The notes below the pieces were generated by a model. It was not told the DNA's origin. It saw only the letters and a list, made by a program, of their open reading frames with translations, and did not search any database. DNA of 63,953 nt, filler included, from Octopus bimaculoides (lineage: Eukaryota), in NCBI RefSeq assembly GCF_001194135.2. It is 9 parts of 8 records of this genome, joined end to end, with 100 filler letters (N's around TTAATTAATTAA, not from the genome) between each part and the next. Parts side by side here need not be neighbours in the genome. Positions count along the whole stretch, not along the records: positions 52,383 to 60,789 come from NC_068994.1; positions 60,890 to 62,699 come from NC_068985.1; positions 62,800 to 63,953 come from NC_068999.1; 6 more parts are not named here. The stretch is one strand, 5' to 3'. The translations under genes and the position numbers were made by a program. Shown one piece after another: positions 52,383 through 63,953 of the stretch. Numbering within the stretch: the first letter of the stretch is position 1; every line of letters begins with the position of its first letter.

Positions 52383-52735
52383 CCAGGTTCAGTCCTACTG
52401 TATGGTACCTTGGGCATGTATCTTCTACTATAGCCTCAGGCCAACCAAAGCCTGAGAGTGTATTTGGTAGGCGGAAACTGAAAGAAGCCTGCCATGTGTA
52501 TGTGTGTGTGTGTTTGTCTCTGTCTCTGTATTTACACTCCTCTCACTGTTTGGCAACTGGTGATGGGGTATTTATGTCCTCATAAACTTAGTAGTTCAGC
52601 AAAAGACACCATTAGAATAAGTACTAGGCTTAAAACATAAGCTTTGGGATTAATTTGTTTGACTAAAACCCTTCAAGGTGGTGCTCCAGCATGGCTGCAG
52701 TCAAATGACTAAAACATGTAAAAGAATAAAAGAAT
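52383..52735 (+). mobile_element. Family 1 SINE, CpG-decayed copy
   Basis: Same modules, with CpG replaced by TpG/CpA (GGCCAACC, CATGGCTGCAG). Confidence 0.85.
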
Positions 52736-53337
52736 ATATATCATGAATGAAAACACATAGATTCTAATCTGCATTATTATACAAAAGTCTTACAAGAAAA
52801 TGTGACTTGTACATGCGTTTTCATCATCTGCTTCACTTTAATAAAATTTCAGTTTTACAAAATAAGTATATTAAAAACTGTGTGTATCAAGAGTATTGTA
52901 TCAGCAAACAACTTTTATTTTTAGATTCTAGGCCTAAATACTTCTCTGGTCATTGCATTAAGTCTTTAACTTCTCTGACACTTGTAATGACAAACTGTTT
53001 ATAAAAAATTATGAAGCCACTGGATAACTGAAATTGCTGAATATGTTTAGCAATGTATAATGAAGAGCTTACTTTGAAAACCAGATGTATGAATCGGAAT
53101 GACTTTTGAGTAACTGAGGAAACAACAACTTGAATATATCTGATTTTCATTGGAAGACTAAGATTCGCCTACTGTCTATGTGGCTTCTATCCCAGTTTAA
53201 CTGAAAAAATTTCACATGCATGAAGCCAGCAGCTTACAGATTGTGTTTTAATGATCATCATGAAATCTACCAAATATGCACTTATACCGGTTTTGAAAGT
53301 AGGCTTCTTAACATGTCAGTATGAGTGTGTGTGTTTA

Positions 53338-53375
<38 letters not shown>

Positions 53376-55165
53376 AACACACACATATATAATAGGGAGG
53401 AGTTATTAATTGATAACTAATTGTGTCATTTATNNNNNNNNNNATAGATATATCTTATTATTCGATTGGGATATATGACAAAATTTGCATTTAGTTTTTT
53501 AATGTTCTCTAATACATTTCATAAAATTGTAAATCATAGTCCCACTATTTTAATCAGACAGTATCACTTTCAGTTAGGCATCTTAACATGAATTTCATTT
53601 GTGTAGTAAATATGTTAGTATTTTGTTTCTTATTGCTATAATATATTAGCAAATCACATATTACTATTATTGCTACAGCCATATACTCATTGCTGCTGAT
53701 TCAGTCCATTTCAAAATAGAAATCCCACAACAACCTTTTTTTTTAATGTTCTTTTTGGTCATACAAATCAGACAGTTGGTACAACCTTCATAGACAATCC
53801 ATGGCAGCAACTATGTTTCAGCTCTAATCTAAGGAAGTTAAGCAGATGACAAACACCATCTTTTAAGGCATGCTAATCTACATATCCCCATACTACTAAA
53901 GATTTTCAGACAGACAATCGCAAATAGTTTTGCTAAAGCATGTACAGCAAGTATTCCAGCAAAGCATACTACCTTGGCCATCACTAACTGAAGGATGATT
54001 TTACCACATAGTGAACGTTACATCACAAAGAGTAAGTTAGGATTTTACAGCCAAATAAATGGAGTCCATTTGTTTTTGAGAAGTATTTAAATTAGTTGCA
54101 GATGACATCTGGATGTTACAGATTACTGAGGAGAAAAATGCATTATCATTTAAGTTGGATTGCATGTAATTAAAAGTGAAAGGAAGAGGGTTGTTAATGC
54201 ACAAAATATAGAGTTCAGTGAGACTTTGTTAGATTCTGAATAAGACTGGAGTTGGTAGAATGTATGTGTTCATCATCAGTGCAAATGTGTGAAAAACTTT
54301 TGGGAGTTGTGGGATTCAGTTGTGTAAAAGATATGAAGAATCATACCGAGGAAAATAACTTCATTTGCTTATCTGTAGCAGATAACGCAGGGATTAAGAA
54401 TGCTTGTTAACATTGGTGGTTAGAATAGATAGAAGTGGCAGAATTACTGTAACTTCAAGTACCAAAAGTTCTACTGTAAATTTATACAACGATATGAACA
54501 TCAAGGTGGCATTTGCAATTCTACCTAATGATAAAACAAGTAGTCTTAAAACAATAGTAGCATGTTGGTCCTTTTTACCTGATACATTTAGGAGTTATAA
54601 CAACAATATTACTATTTTACAACAAAATTAACATATTTTAAGCTAATATTATATACATTAAATATATCATGATATACAAGAATGTTCATTCATTAAATAT
54701 TTTCTACTTTGTTGAAATTGTATTACACATACATTCATAATTATTTCTCTCACCTATATTTTCTTATCACAATTATTTTCTTCTAGCTCATACCCCAAAT
54801 CTTATAGAAAGCACAGTGGCCATTCCTTATTTCTTATAAATTTAACTTGTAAATCTTCCATTTTTAGGGGTTTTTTTTCCTCCTCAAACCACTGGCCTTT
54901 AAAAGTTCAAATCTACATTAAACATTTTTACCAGAGTGCATGTGGGAAAGATTATCTCCACAATTGTTTATCTAACTATACTGTTATGCAAAAAACTGAG
55001 TAGATTTAAACAATTTTTCTAACATCTATAAACTATGTCTTGAAATGTGAAAATTAAAAGGATGCAATCACATTTTTATCTCTATCATTATATTATTTAT
55101 GATTATTTTGTACGATTCAAAAGTGAGTATTTCTTATTTGTAGATATTAATCCCTTTGAAAAGTA

Positions 55166-57767
55166 ATGAAGATTGCAGCAATGACAAGGAATATCCTTCT
55201 CTTATGTCTTGTATACATCTTATCATCTGTTGAAACTATAGACATAATTTACCATGTCAATGAAGAGGAGAGTCCTCACACCTATATAGGAGATATTGCT
55301 GCACACTCTAACTTATCACATTCTCTCAAAGGTCAACAACAAACTCTCATTACATTTACACAACTACAGAGGAAAGTGTCAAGTGGCTCTCATTTATTCA
55401 ATGTTACAAGAACTGGAAAACTCTACACTACTCAAACGCTAGATGCCGAATCAATGTGTGCATACAACAAGGAATGTTCCAGAACAGTTAAAGTAGCAGT
55501 TAGAAAAGAAGAAATATTTGTAAAGGTAATAAAAATAAAAATAATTATAGAGGACATCAATGATCATCAACCAGAATTCCCAGAGGATCAAATAAAATTA
55601 GAGTTTCGTGAAACTGAGGCAAAAGGATCAACACAAACAATATTAAATGCTGTGGATAAAGACATTAGTTTTCTTAATTCTAACATTACATACAGACTAA
55701 AAGATAAAAGTAAGAAATTCTCACTATCCATTTTCAAAGACTTTGATGATCTTCCTGTACTTAAAATTACTCTGAAAGGAATGTTAGACAGAGAAGTAAA
55801 GGACAATTACATATTACAGCTGGTAGCCAAAGATGGAGGTTCTCCACCAAAAGAAAGTATTCTGAATATACAAATAGTTGTCATGGATGTAAATGATCAC
55901 AGGCCTAAATTCTCACAAAAATCATTCAATATTTCCATCAGTGATACACATCACATATCTTCTCCTGTTTTTATCTTGTCAGCTACAGACTTAGATTCAG
56001 GTAAAAATGGAGATATTACATATAACTATAGTCAAAGGACAAGTTCTTACACTAGAAAAAATTTCAAACTTTTGTCAAATGGAGAGATCTTTCTAAATGA
56101 GAATTTTTACAAAGATAAGCAACAAAAATATAAATTATATCTTGAAGCAAAAGATAAAGGAAAACCATCTTTAAGATCTACAGTCATGTTAATTATTAAT
56201 ATCATTAACAATCAAAATAATGCTCCAACAATAAATATAGATTTTGTATCTCCTTTAACAGAGAGCTCTACTTCTGTTTCAGAAGCAAGTAAAATTGGGA
56301 GTTTTATAGCTTATGTTATGGTCACTGACACAGACAGTGGACCTAATGGTCAAATTAAATGTAATATTCACCATAAAATATTCCAGCTTTCTAATATGAG
56401 TTCTAAAGAATATAAAATATTGGTCAAAGAACCTCTTGACAGAGAAGCTATAGATCATTATGCTGTTTCTATTGTATGTCATGACATGGNNNNNNNNNNN
56501 NNNNNNNNNNNNNNNNNNNNNNNNNNNNNNNNNNNNNNNNNNNNNNNNNNNNNNNNNNNNNNNNNNNNNNNNNNNNNNNNNNNNNNNNNNNNNNNNNNNN
56601 NNNNNNNNNNNNNNNNNNNNNNNNNNNNNNNNNNNNNNNNNNNNNNNNNNNNNNNNNNNNNNNNNNNNNNNNNNNNNNNNNNNNNNNNNNNNNNNNNNNN
56701 NNNNNNNNNNNNNNNNNNNNNNNNNNNNNNNNNNNNNNNNNNNNNNNNNNNNNNNNNNNNNNNNNNNNNNNNNNNNNNNNNNNNNNNNNNNNNNNNNNNN
56801 NNNNNNNNNNNNNNNNNNNNNNNNNNNNNNNNNNNNNNNNNNNNNNNNNNNNNNNNNNNNNNNNNNNNNNNNNNNNNNNNNNNNNNNNNNNNNNNNNNNN
56901 NNNNNNNNNNNNNNNNNNNNNNNNNNNNNNNNNNNNNNNNNNNNNNNNNNNNNNNNNNNNNNNNNNNNNNNNNNNNNNNNNNNNNNNNNNNNNNNNNNNN
57001 NNNNNNNNNNNNNNNNNNNNNNNNNNNNNNNNNNNNNNNNNNNNNNNNNNNNNNNNNNNNNNNNNNNNNNNNNNNNNNNNNNNNNNNNNNNNNNNNNNNN
57101 NNNNNNNNNNNNNNNNNNNNNNNNNNNNNNNNNNNNNNNNNNNNNNNNNNNNNNNNNNNNNNNNNNNNNNNNNNNNNNNNNNNNNNNNNNNNNNNNNNNN
57201 NNNNNNNNNNNNNNNNNNNNNNNNNNNNNNNNNNNNNNNNNNNNNNNNNNNNNNNNNNNNNNNNNNNNNNNNNNNNNNNNNNNNNNNNNNNNNNNNNNNN
57301 NNNNNNNNNNNNNNNNNNNNNNNNNNNNNNNNNNNNNNNNNNNNNNNNCAACAACTGCTATCATACTAACACTGTTTGTTAGTAATGATACATCTCCAAT
57401 GTTGACTGCTGTCCACTCAAAGTCTGGTAACAACCTGAATATGACTTGGATAATTATCATTGTAGCAGCAGCTGTAATACTATCTGTGGCTATTGTAGTG
57501 TCAATAACACTATGTGTTTTCAGATGTATCAATCACATTAATTCACAAACAACAAAAAATAATCCAAAATTTCTGTCAAGGACTGAAATGAGGCAAATAT
57601 TGTATCAGACTAACAATCCTGTAGCAATAACTAGAAATGCAGAAGACATATTTAACAGAAATCTTCAGTCAATAAACCCCAAAACTTCCTATTACCCAGA
57701 GATGGAACAGCCAGCCAATGAATGGAAATTCTCAACAACACCCAGAAAACTGCCACCAGTTCCACAG
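55166..57767 (+). CDS. PCDH: Protocadherin, large first coding exon: signal peptide, cadherin repeats EC1-EC4 visible, N gap 56490-57348, end of last EC, TM helix, start of cytoplasmic tail
   Basis: Translation shows a signal peptide (MKIAAMTRNILLLCLVYILSSVET) and cadherin motifs (LDAESMC..C, EDINDHQPEF, LDREVKD, DGGSP, DVNDHRPKF, ATDLDSGKNG, VTDTDSGPNG, LDRE). After the gap, in another frame: TM WIIIIVAAAVILSVAIVVSITLCVF and a tail ending PRKLPPVPQ at a CAG|GTAAGA donor (57767/8, phase 0). The frame change across the gap reflects an estimated gap length. Confidence 0.95.
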
Positions 57768-59490
57768 GTAAGATGTTTCAATATATAAGCAATGATAAGT
57801 ATATAAGTAATCATTAAGATAATCAATCTCTAAGTAATCATATATATCCTACAAAAAGTACTTTTTCTGTAGATATCTTTATCTAAGTAAATATATTTTA
57901 TTTATAAATAACTGTATAATTTTTGCTAAATCAACAATTGACTGAATGATAAAAATTTTATGTAATTTCTCCTTTCTTTGAGCTGGAAATAAATTGCCAC
58001 TTACATTTAGAAGCCTCTCTTAGTAACAGAACTTTGTAAAACTACTGCAATGAATACAATTCAATACAATTTCAAAATTTGATTATCATTATTTTATATT
58101 TGATACACTGCATGCTACCTTGGGCAAGTATTTTATTTTACAGCTTATTGCTAACTAATGCCTTGTGAGTGAAATTTACTTCATGTAAACTATATGGAAA
58201 CCTGGTAAGTGTGTGTGTGTGTGTTGTGTGCACACATGTTTGTATCTGTGTGTCTTTGTATTGACATGATGTTGAGGTGACATTGTATCCTCCATAAACA
58301 AAACTTCTGGCGGGGGTTTGATATGCAAGGATATGGTATAATGTACATTACTTGTAAAAGAAGGCTTGCCATCTGGAAAGATGTCTGCCATCTAATCCTT
58401 ACAAGCATATAAAAAAATAATTATGACCAGGAAAATATAAAACCAAATTGTACATTATAGAAAGGCATCTGGGAAGGTGACAAACTGACAGAATTGTTAG
58501 AGTTTCAAAAGTGTTTTGCAGTGAGGTTAATTATTCCTTTCATTCTTTTGGGATTGATATAATAAAGCACCAGTCAAGTGTTGAGGTCGTTAGTATCAAT
58601 TAACTACTACCTTTCCTCAGAAATAGCTTGCCTTGTGCCCAAATTAGAAACCATATAAATTATCTGGAATTAAAGGCATGTTATAATTAGTGCCAAGTTG
58701 AAGATGTTTGGAAGAGTAGAAAATTCTAAAGGCAAAGTATAGGTAGAGTTCAACTAGAAAACTGAGAAATATAAGATGATAAGTCTGAACAGTCAGTAAA
58801 ACCTGATTTGGTAATGGGTTAAATGGCTCACCTGGGACACCAGTGATTAAAAGCCATACAAAATTGTAACTACTAGCCATGGAGAAAAGTGTACTCTTTC
58901 ATGTTATAAGAAATATCAACCGATCAAACTTCAACACTTCAGAAATATAGAAAAAATACCTGGGACTTAACTTCTCTTCATAAATAAAATAAGTTACATT
59001 TTGTGTAGTAATTTTCATATCTCTTGGTCTTAATGATAATTAGTCTCTTCTTTGTGGCTCAATATGATGTTCATAAAAGTACTTCAAATGAATAGGTAAA
59101 GTGGATATTTATATCCCATCATTGGTATTGCTCAGTGCTCTTATGTTGGCACTGAAGCACATCTGCTCAGTTTATTTAACAGTAAAACTAATAAGAGTAG
59201 AATGAGAATTGCTGGTGAATTTTGTATAGTTTGATGGTTTAAATTGCCACAGTTGAATCCTTTCACTAGAGAAATAAAGAATTGCACTACAAGCAGTAGA
59301 TGCACTTCTTCATTCAGAAGAATGTCATCCATAAGAACATATTCTATGTTCTCATGTAAAACACTAACTTCAAATTTTGAAATTTACTTTAAACTCACTA
59401 CTTATTCTGACTCTGATGTCTTACTGGTGTGAAATGACTTTCATAGTTTCATATATTGACACTGTAATATTACAATGAGTGTACTGATGT

Positions 59491-59950
59491 ATTATTTACA
59501 ATGGATGAATAGGTGTCCTTGTTTTGCTTGTTGTTACCATTTCGGCTGATGTACTCTCCAGCTTTCATCAGGTGTTCTGGTGGAATTTTGAACCCAACCC
59601 TTTATTTGACTAATGGGGTACACTGTTCTCATTCCTAAGGTATGTTGCTGATGTTATTTTTCTGTTGATATCACTTTTCAAGTCCCTACAGGCATATAGC
59701 ATAGTGGATAAGAGTGCAGGCTACTAACCCTTGGATTCTAAGTTCAATCCCAGTCAGGGACTTGAATAATAATATCAACAGAAAAATAACATCAGTAACA
59801 TACCTTAGGAATGAGAACAGTGTACCCCATTAGTCAAATAAAGGGTTGGGTTCAAAATTTCACCAGAACACCTGATAAAGGCTGGAGAGTACATCAGCCA
59901 AAATGTTGTGATAACAACAAGATGAGGGCACCTATCCATCCATTGTAAAT
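59491..59950 (+). mobile_element. tRNA-headed non-autonomous retroelement with ~195-bp inverted arms, each with a decayed hammerhead-ribozyme-like motif
   Basis: Left arm 59491-59687 is the near-perfect reverse complement of right arm 59756-59950. The loop holds A box TAGCATAGTGG (59697-59707) and B box GTTCAATCC (59742-59750). Arms contain CTGAT(G/A)A-A-GGCTG-loop-CAGCC-(G/A)AAA. Confidence 0.8.
59867..59912 (+). ncRNA. Degenerate minimal type I hammerhead ribozyme motif (mirror copy at 59533-59577 on the minus strand)
   Basis: Right arm: AACAC-CTGATAA-A-GGCTG-gagagtacat-CAGCC-AAAA-T-GTT-GTGAT. Left arm (minus): AACAC-CTGATGA-A-AGCTG-gagagtacat-CAGCC-GAAA. Combined they give an intact CUGAUGA/GAAA core and a 5-bp stem II. 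Neither copy alone is intact. Confidence 0.6.
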
Positions 59951-60318
59951 TATGTACTCAATTCCTCAACTCAAAAATTATAGAATAGTAATGAGTGTAT
60001 TGCTGTTAAAATAGCCATTCTCATTTTTCATTTAGTATTTTAGCTGACTATTTTCAATGCATTCAAGCATGATGAGACAAAAGTTGCCATGTTAAATAAA
60101 AGTGAATTACTATTGGGATAATATTAAACAATTATTCTATATTTTCTTTTGTATAAATAACTGATGATTCAACATTAGTTGAAACCATAATCAAATTTAT
60201 TGTTTAAAAAGTAAAAGCAACATTATTCTCCTCCTATCCTACCACAAATTTGATTTTAACTGTATTTAATACTGACTCTCATGCTGAAAATATATTTTCC
60301 ATTTATCTTTTCTGACAG

Positions 60319-60478
60319 CATTACAATAAGGACGTGGCAGATAGTTTAGCTAAACAAAAATGTTATGATGACAGCCTTATGACATCAAACAATTTGAATA
60401 ACACACTACCTTCTCAAAAAGAACGAAACAGAGGATGGAGTGAAGGAGATATTACACATCAAACTTCTGGAACATCAG
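60319..60478 (+). CDS. PCDH: Probable second coding exon of the protocadherin (cytoplasmic domain)
   Basis: Acceptor tttatcttttctgacag|, open in phase 0 (matches the exon 1 donor): HYNKDVADSLAKQKCYDDSLMTSNNLNNTLPSQKERNRGWSEGDITHQTSGTS, ending CAG|gtaatc. Same assembly piece and strand as exon 1. The RGWSEGD motif resembles the DSG.G.S(E/D) conserved cytoplasmic motif of protocadherins. Confidence 0.7.
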
Positions 60479-60482
60479 GTAA

Positions 60483-60789
60483 TCTATATATATAAAAATG
60501 AGAATCTGTCTGTCTGTCTGTCTGTGTGAATCCCTAAAACTCGAGAACAACGCAACCAATTTCATTCAAATTTTACACATGCCTTACTTAGGGTTCCAGT
60601 TGTGTTTTAGTCAAAAAAATTTTTTAACTTCTTGCAGAGTTCGAGCCCACGGCAACATAATATCTCCTCCACTATTTAAGTATTACGTGTCAAAAGTGAA
60701 ACAAAAACACTCATGTCAAATACTTTCACTTTAAAAATGAAACTATTCCACTAACTGAAACAATCACATTTCGATACTGTAATGACAGA
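60483..60789 (+). mobile_element. Non-autonomous Helitron-like element, 5' part (truncated by spacer)
   Basis: Starts A^TCTATATATATAAAAATGAGAAT(CTGT)n, the TC 5' end plus (CTGT)n tract typical of DINE-1/Lep1-type Helitron derivatives. The 3' CTRR end is not visible. Confidence 0.65.
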
Positions 60790-60990
60790 NNNNNNNNNNN
60801 NNNNNNNNNNNNNNNNNNNNNNNNNNNNNNNNNTTAATTAATTAANNNNNNNNNNNNNNNNNNNNNNNNNNNNNNNNNNNNNNNNNNNNTTACCCTCTAT
60901 TTTTTTTTATTATCGGCTTTCCGCGCCACTAAACCGATGTTGCCTTTTTCTCTGAATCCTTTTTACTCCTTATTTCAAAACTCCACCACC

Positions 60991-61022
<32 letters not shown>

Positions 61023-63104
61023 CAACAGCACCATCTCCCACCTCTCTCCACCCCTCCATCCTCTCTCCCCAATGCTCTATTTGTGCCCCTGCGCAGAATC
61101 CAAATCATTAATTTACCAATACTTGTCAAACTTGATTCCTCCCCTACCTTTTATAATACACCCCAGACCCTGCATAAAAGTCCAACACAGCCCTTTCACT
61201 GTTTAGAATAAACCGCTCATACAACGCCTACGTAAAAACCACCCCAGAAACCTACAAATAATTAGCATTTAGTTTAGACAAATGTTTTAAGTTATTTTCA
61301 CTATTTAGTCTTATAATTGCATTTACATATAGGATTAGGGCAGTATTATAGGAATATTAATCGCCTCTTGTATTTTATTTTATCGACAGCAGAATATTGA
61401 ACGTCAAATTTTAAACTTGGTGAGGTTTGAGCTCAGAATATCAAGGGCCGCAGCTACGTACCAGTATTGTCTTTCAAGGCACAAAGAGGGCGGTGGAGCA
61501 ACAGATGCATCAATGTGTAACAGAGTATATGTAATCGTTATCAGGTGTCGTCTGCTCTCAACAATTTGAATATCACGTGACGCTCTACTGCTAGCCATGT
61601 TTAAATGAAGATATATTTATTGTGTTTGATGGCATGTTTGCGTACGTTTTTATTTATTTATTTATTTATTTTTCATAAAATGTGTTTATGTAAAGACAGA
61701 CCCAATCTGCCAATTCGTTGCTTTACAGTATACCCTTACAGTATTTGGTTATTCGTTCTTCTTTAGCCTCAAGTCAACCGTAATCGAGCAAACTTATGAT
61801 CAGATGCGTTGCTTTTAAAGTATTTAGGGTCCAGTTTCTCTTTATAAGAGACAGGGGAGTGGTTATTATTTCTACCTTATTGAGAGATCACATAGAAGCT
61901 CCCTCAATGGGCCTCTTTCTTTTTACCCCACTTTTCCTTCCCATATTCAACTCCCTCCAAAGCTAATTTGCTTTTCAATCTCTCCACGTCGATGAAATAA
62001 CAACTAATCATATATTGGAACACCATATAATCGGATGTTCTCTCTATAAAACGGTGTACACCTTATATGTTACAATGCAGATTCTAACATCTGCACAATA
62101 TATCACATTTTGCGCAGACGTATTGATCCAGGAACTAATTGGTGCTATAGTCTATCGATTTAGCAAAGATTATACGAATAGCTCAACTCGGCGTATTTTG
62201 AACTCAGCGTTTAAAGAATTCTAACCAAGTACCGCAGGAAATATTAACCTGGTGCTCTAATGTTTCCGCCGTTGTTAGACTTCGATCTTTTAGAAGCAAA
62301 TTAACGTGTTAATCGCCACAGTCTGTTACTAGCATTTACCGGTGATGCCACGTATTTCAGGTCACATTGCATAATGTTTAATTACATGGAAATGTAATTT
62401 TTTTTTTTTTTTTTGTATTTTTGCAATATTTCATAATTAAACTTTAGTATTTGTGGAGGCGCCTGGATTAAAAGATAAAGGTAAAAAGATATATATTCTT
62501 AGAAATAATGAATTTCTAAATCTCTCAGAGAGACTTAAGCAGTAGTGATGCGATAAAGTAGTTGTATACTGCCAACTTAACGTGACAGTCCCAATAAGGG
62601 AATACACTACTGCTGTTTAGCCCTAGGAAGCCAGACCGCTTCCTATTAGGCCTTGACACGTTTCCTGTGCCCTTATCCTTACGAGGGGGAGACAAACTCN
62701 NNNNNNNNNNNNNNNNNNNNNNNNNNNNNNNNNNNNNNNNNNNTTAATTAATTAANNNNNNNNNNNNNNNNNNNNNNNNNNNNNNNNNNNNNNNNNNNNT
62801 ATATATATATACATACATACATACATGTGTATTTATAAATATATATATATATTTGTATATATGCATCCTTTCTTTTTAATATGCACAAGTGTGTATGTAT
62901 GTGTATACATGAATGAATATGTGTGCATTGTCTGTGTATCTGTATTTATATGTGTGTATGTTTAATTCAACAACCATGCTTACACAGTGGATAACAAAGT
63001 CTAAAATATCAGTTTGAAGACCACATTTAAGTGAGAAGTTCAAAACAGGGTCATCATTTGTAAAAATCCAGGAACTTTCTGATACCACTTTGCATATATA
63101 TATG

Positions 63105-63199
<95 letters not shown>

Positions 63200-63253
63200 G
63201 GCATTAATGTATGATTCTGCTTTAAACAATATCTATTTTATTAATTTTTCCAG

Positions 63254-63384
63254 GACACATTGCGCTATTTAGTAAATGACTCCTTGTATAATTTTGCTCA
63301 AATGATAAACAATTCATGTCGAAGTACATTGGACATCGATGAATCATTCACATGGGATGGGGATCTAATTAACAGTCCATTCAA
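63254..63384 (+). CDS. DNAH1: Axonemal dynein heavy chain 1, isolated internal exon (N-terminal tail region)
   Basis: ttaatttttccag| acceptor and |gtaagt donor. Phase-0 translation [43 protein letters not shown] aligns with recalled human DNAH1 DTLRFLVQDSLASFSQFISDTCCSVLNCTDDMVWGDDLINSPY. Confidence 0.85.
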
Positions 63385-63673
63385 GTAAGTATGTCTTTTC
63401 AAGTTTTGAATCATTGTGTTATCTTTTAAGCTACAATTTAAAAAGTATTCAAATGATAAAATGATACAGAAAAACGCCTGAGGAATAAAATAGAATGAAT
63501 TAGTCTGCTGAATTTACTACAATTTATCAATCCCCAAATGAGTGAGGTTAAACTGAATCTAGTAAGAGTTGATCTTATTACTGTTGTAGATTCTTATAAG
63601 AACCACTGAACCAAACAAATACCTGGTTATATCCATAACTATATATATATATATATATAGATATATATATATA

Positions 63674-63953
63674 TATCATCATCATCATCATCATCATCGT
63701 TTAACGTCCGCTTTCCATGCTAGCATGGGTTGGACGATTTGACTGAGGACTGGTGAAACCGGATGGCAACACCAGGCTCCAGACTGATTTGGCAGAGTTT
63801 CTACAGCTGGATGCCCTTCCTAACGCCAACCACTCAGAGAGTGTAGTGGGTGCTTTTACGTGTCACCCGCACGAAAACGGCCATGCTCGAAATGGTGTCT
63901 TTTATGTGCCACCCGCACAAGCCAGTCCAGGGGCACTGGCAACGATCTCGCTC
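63674..63953 (-). mobile_element. Family 4 retroposon 3' end with (GAT)n tail
   Basis: Nearly identical to 26784-27021; runs off the window end. Confidence 0.85.

Noticed and set aside
56490-57382. Protocadherin frameshift/pseudogene (ORF stops at 57382)
   Set aside because: The frame change occurs across an 859-N gap of estimated length. Both sides are intact coding sequence.
59691-59761. Functional tRNA gene
   Set aside because: A and B boxes are good, but D, anticodon and T stems do not pair properly and it is fused to a repeat body. It is treated as a SINE head.
55166-63384. Protocadherin nested in a DNAH1 intron, or 63254-63384 as protocadherin exon 3
   Set aside because: Two artificial spacers separate them and no upstream DNAH1 exons were found. 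Splicing 60478 (phase 1) to 63254 gives an early stop, and the phase-0 reading matches DNAH1.

Overview
AT-rich, microsatellite-dense animal genomic DNA, almost certainly octopus (coleoid). This is inferred from the protocadherin architecture and from repeat families I recognise from memory, not from a database search. The window is not one contiguous locus. Eight identical 100-bp spacers (44 N + TTAATTAATTAA + 44 N, a stop in all six frames) split it into nine independent pieces: 1-6747, 6848-9784, 9885-23103, 23204-27021, 27122-30089, 30190-52282, 52383-60789, 60890-62699 and 62800-63953. Adjacency across spacers should not be read as biology. Recognisable coding content: two MUS81 exons, the first coding exon of a RERG/RASL11/12-like small GTPase, a protocadherin (large ectodomain+TM exon with an internal gap, plus a second cytoplasmic exon) and one DNAH1 exon. 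Most long ORFs in the track are artefacts of N-runs and microsatellites. The rest is tRNA-derived SINE families, Tc1/mariner MITEs, a Tigger remnant, a Helitron-like element, and decayed Dong/R4, RTE, L1/Tx1 and Penelope-like retroelements. The two most unusual structures are: (i) in the protocadherin intron (59491-59950), a Pol III tRNA-like head flanked by ~195-bp inverted arms, each carrying a decayed minimal hammerhead-ribozyme motif of the Penelope type; (ii) a CpG-rich 51-bp satellite with a conserved 7-bp stem, a variable 7-nt loop and higher-order periodicity (6848-9784).
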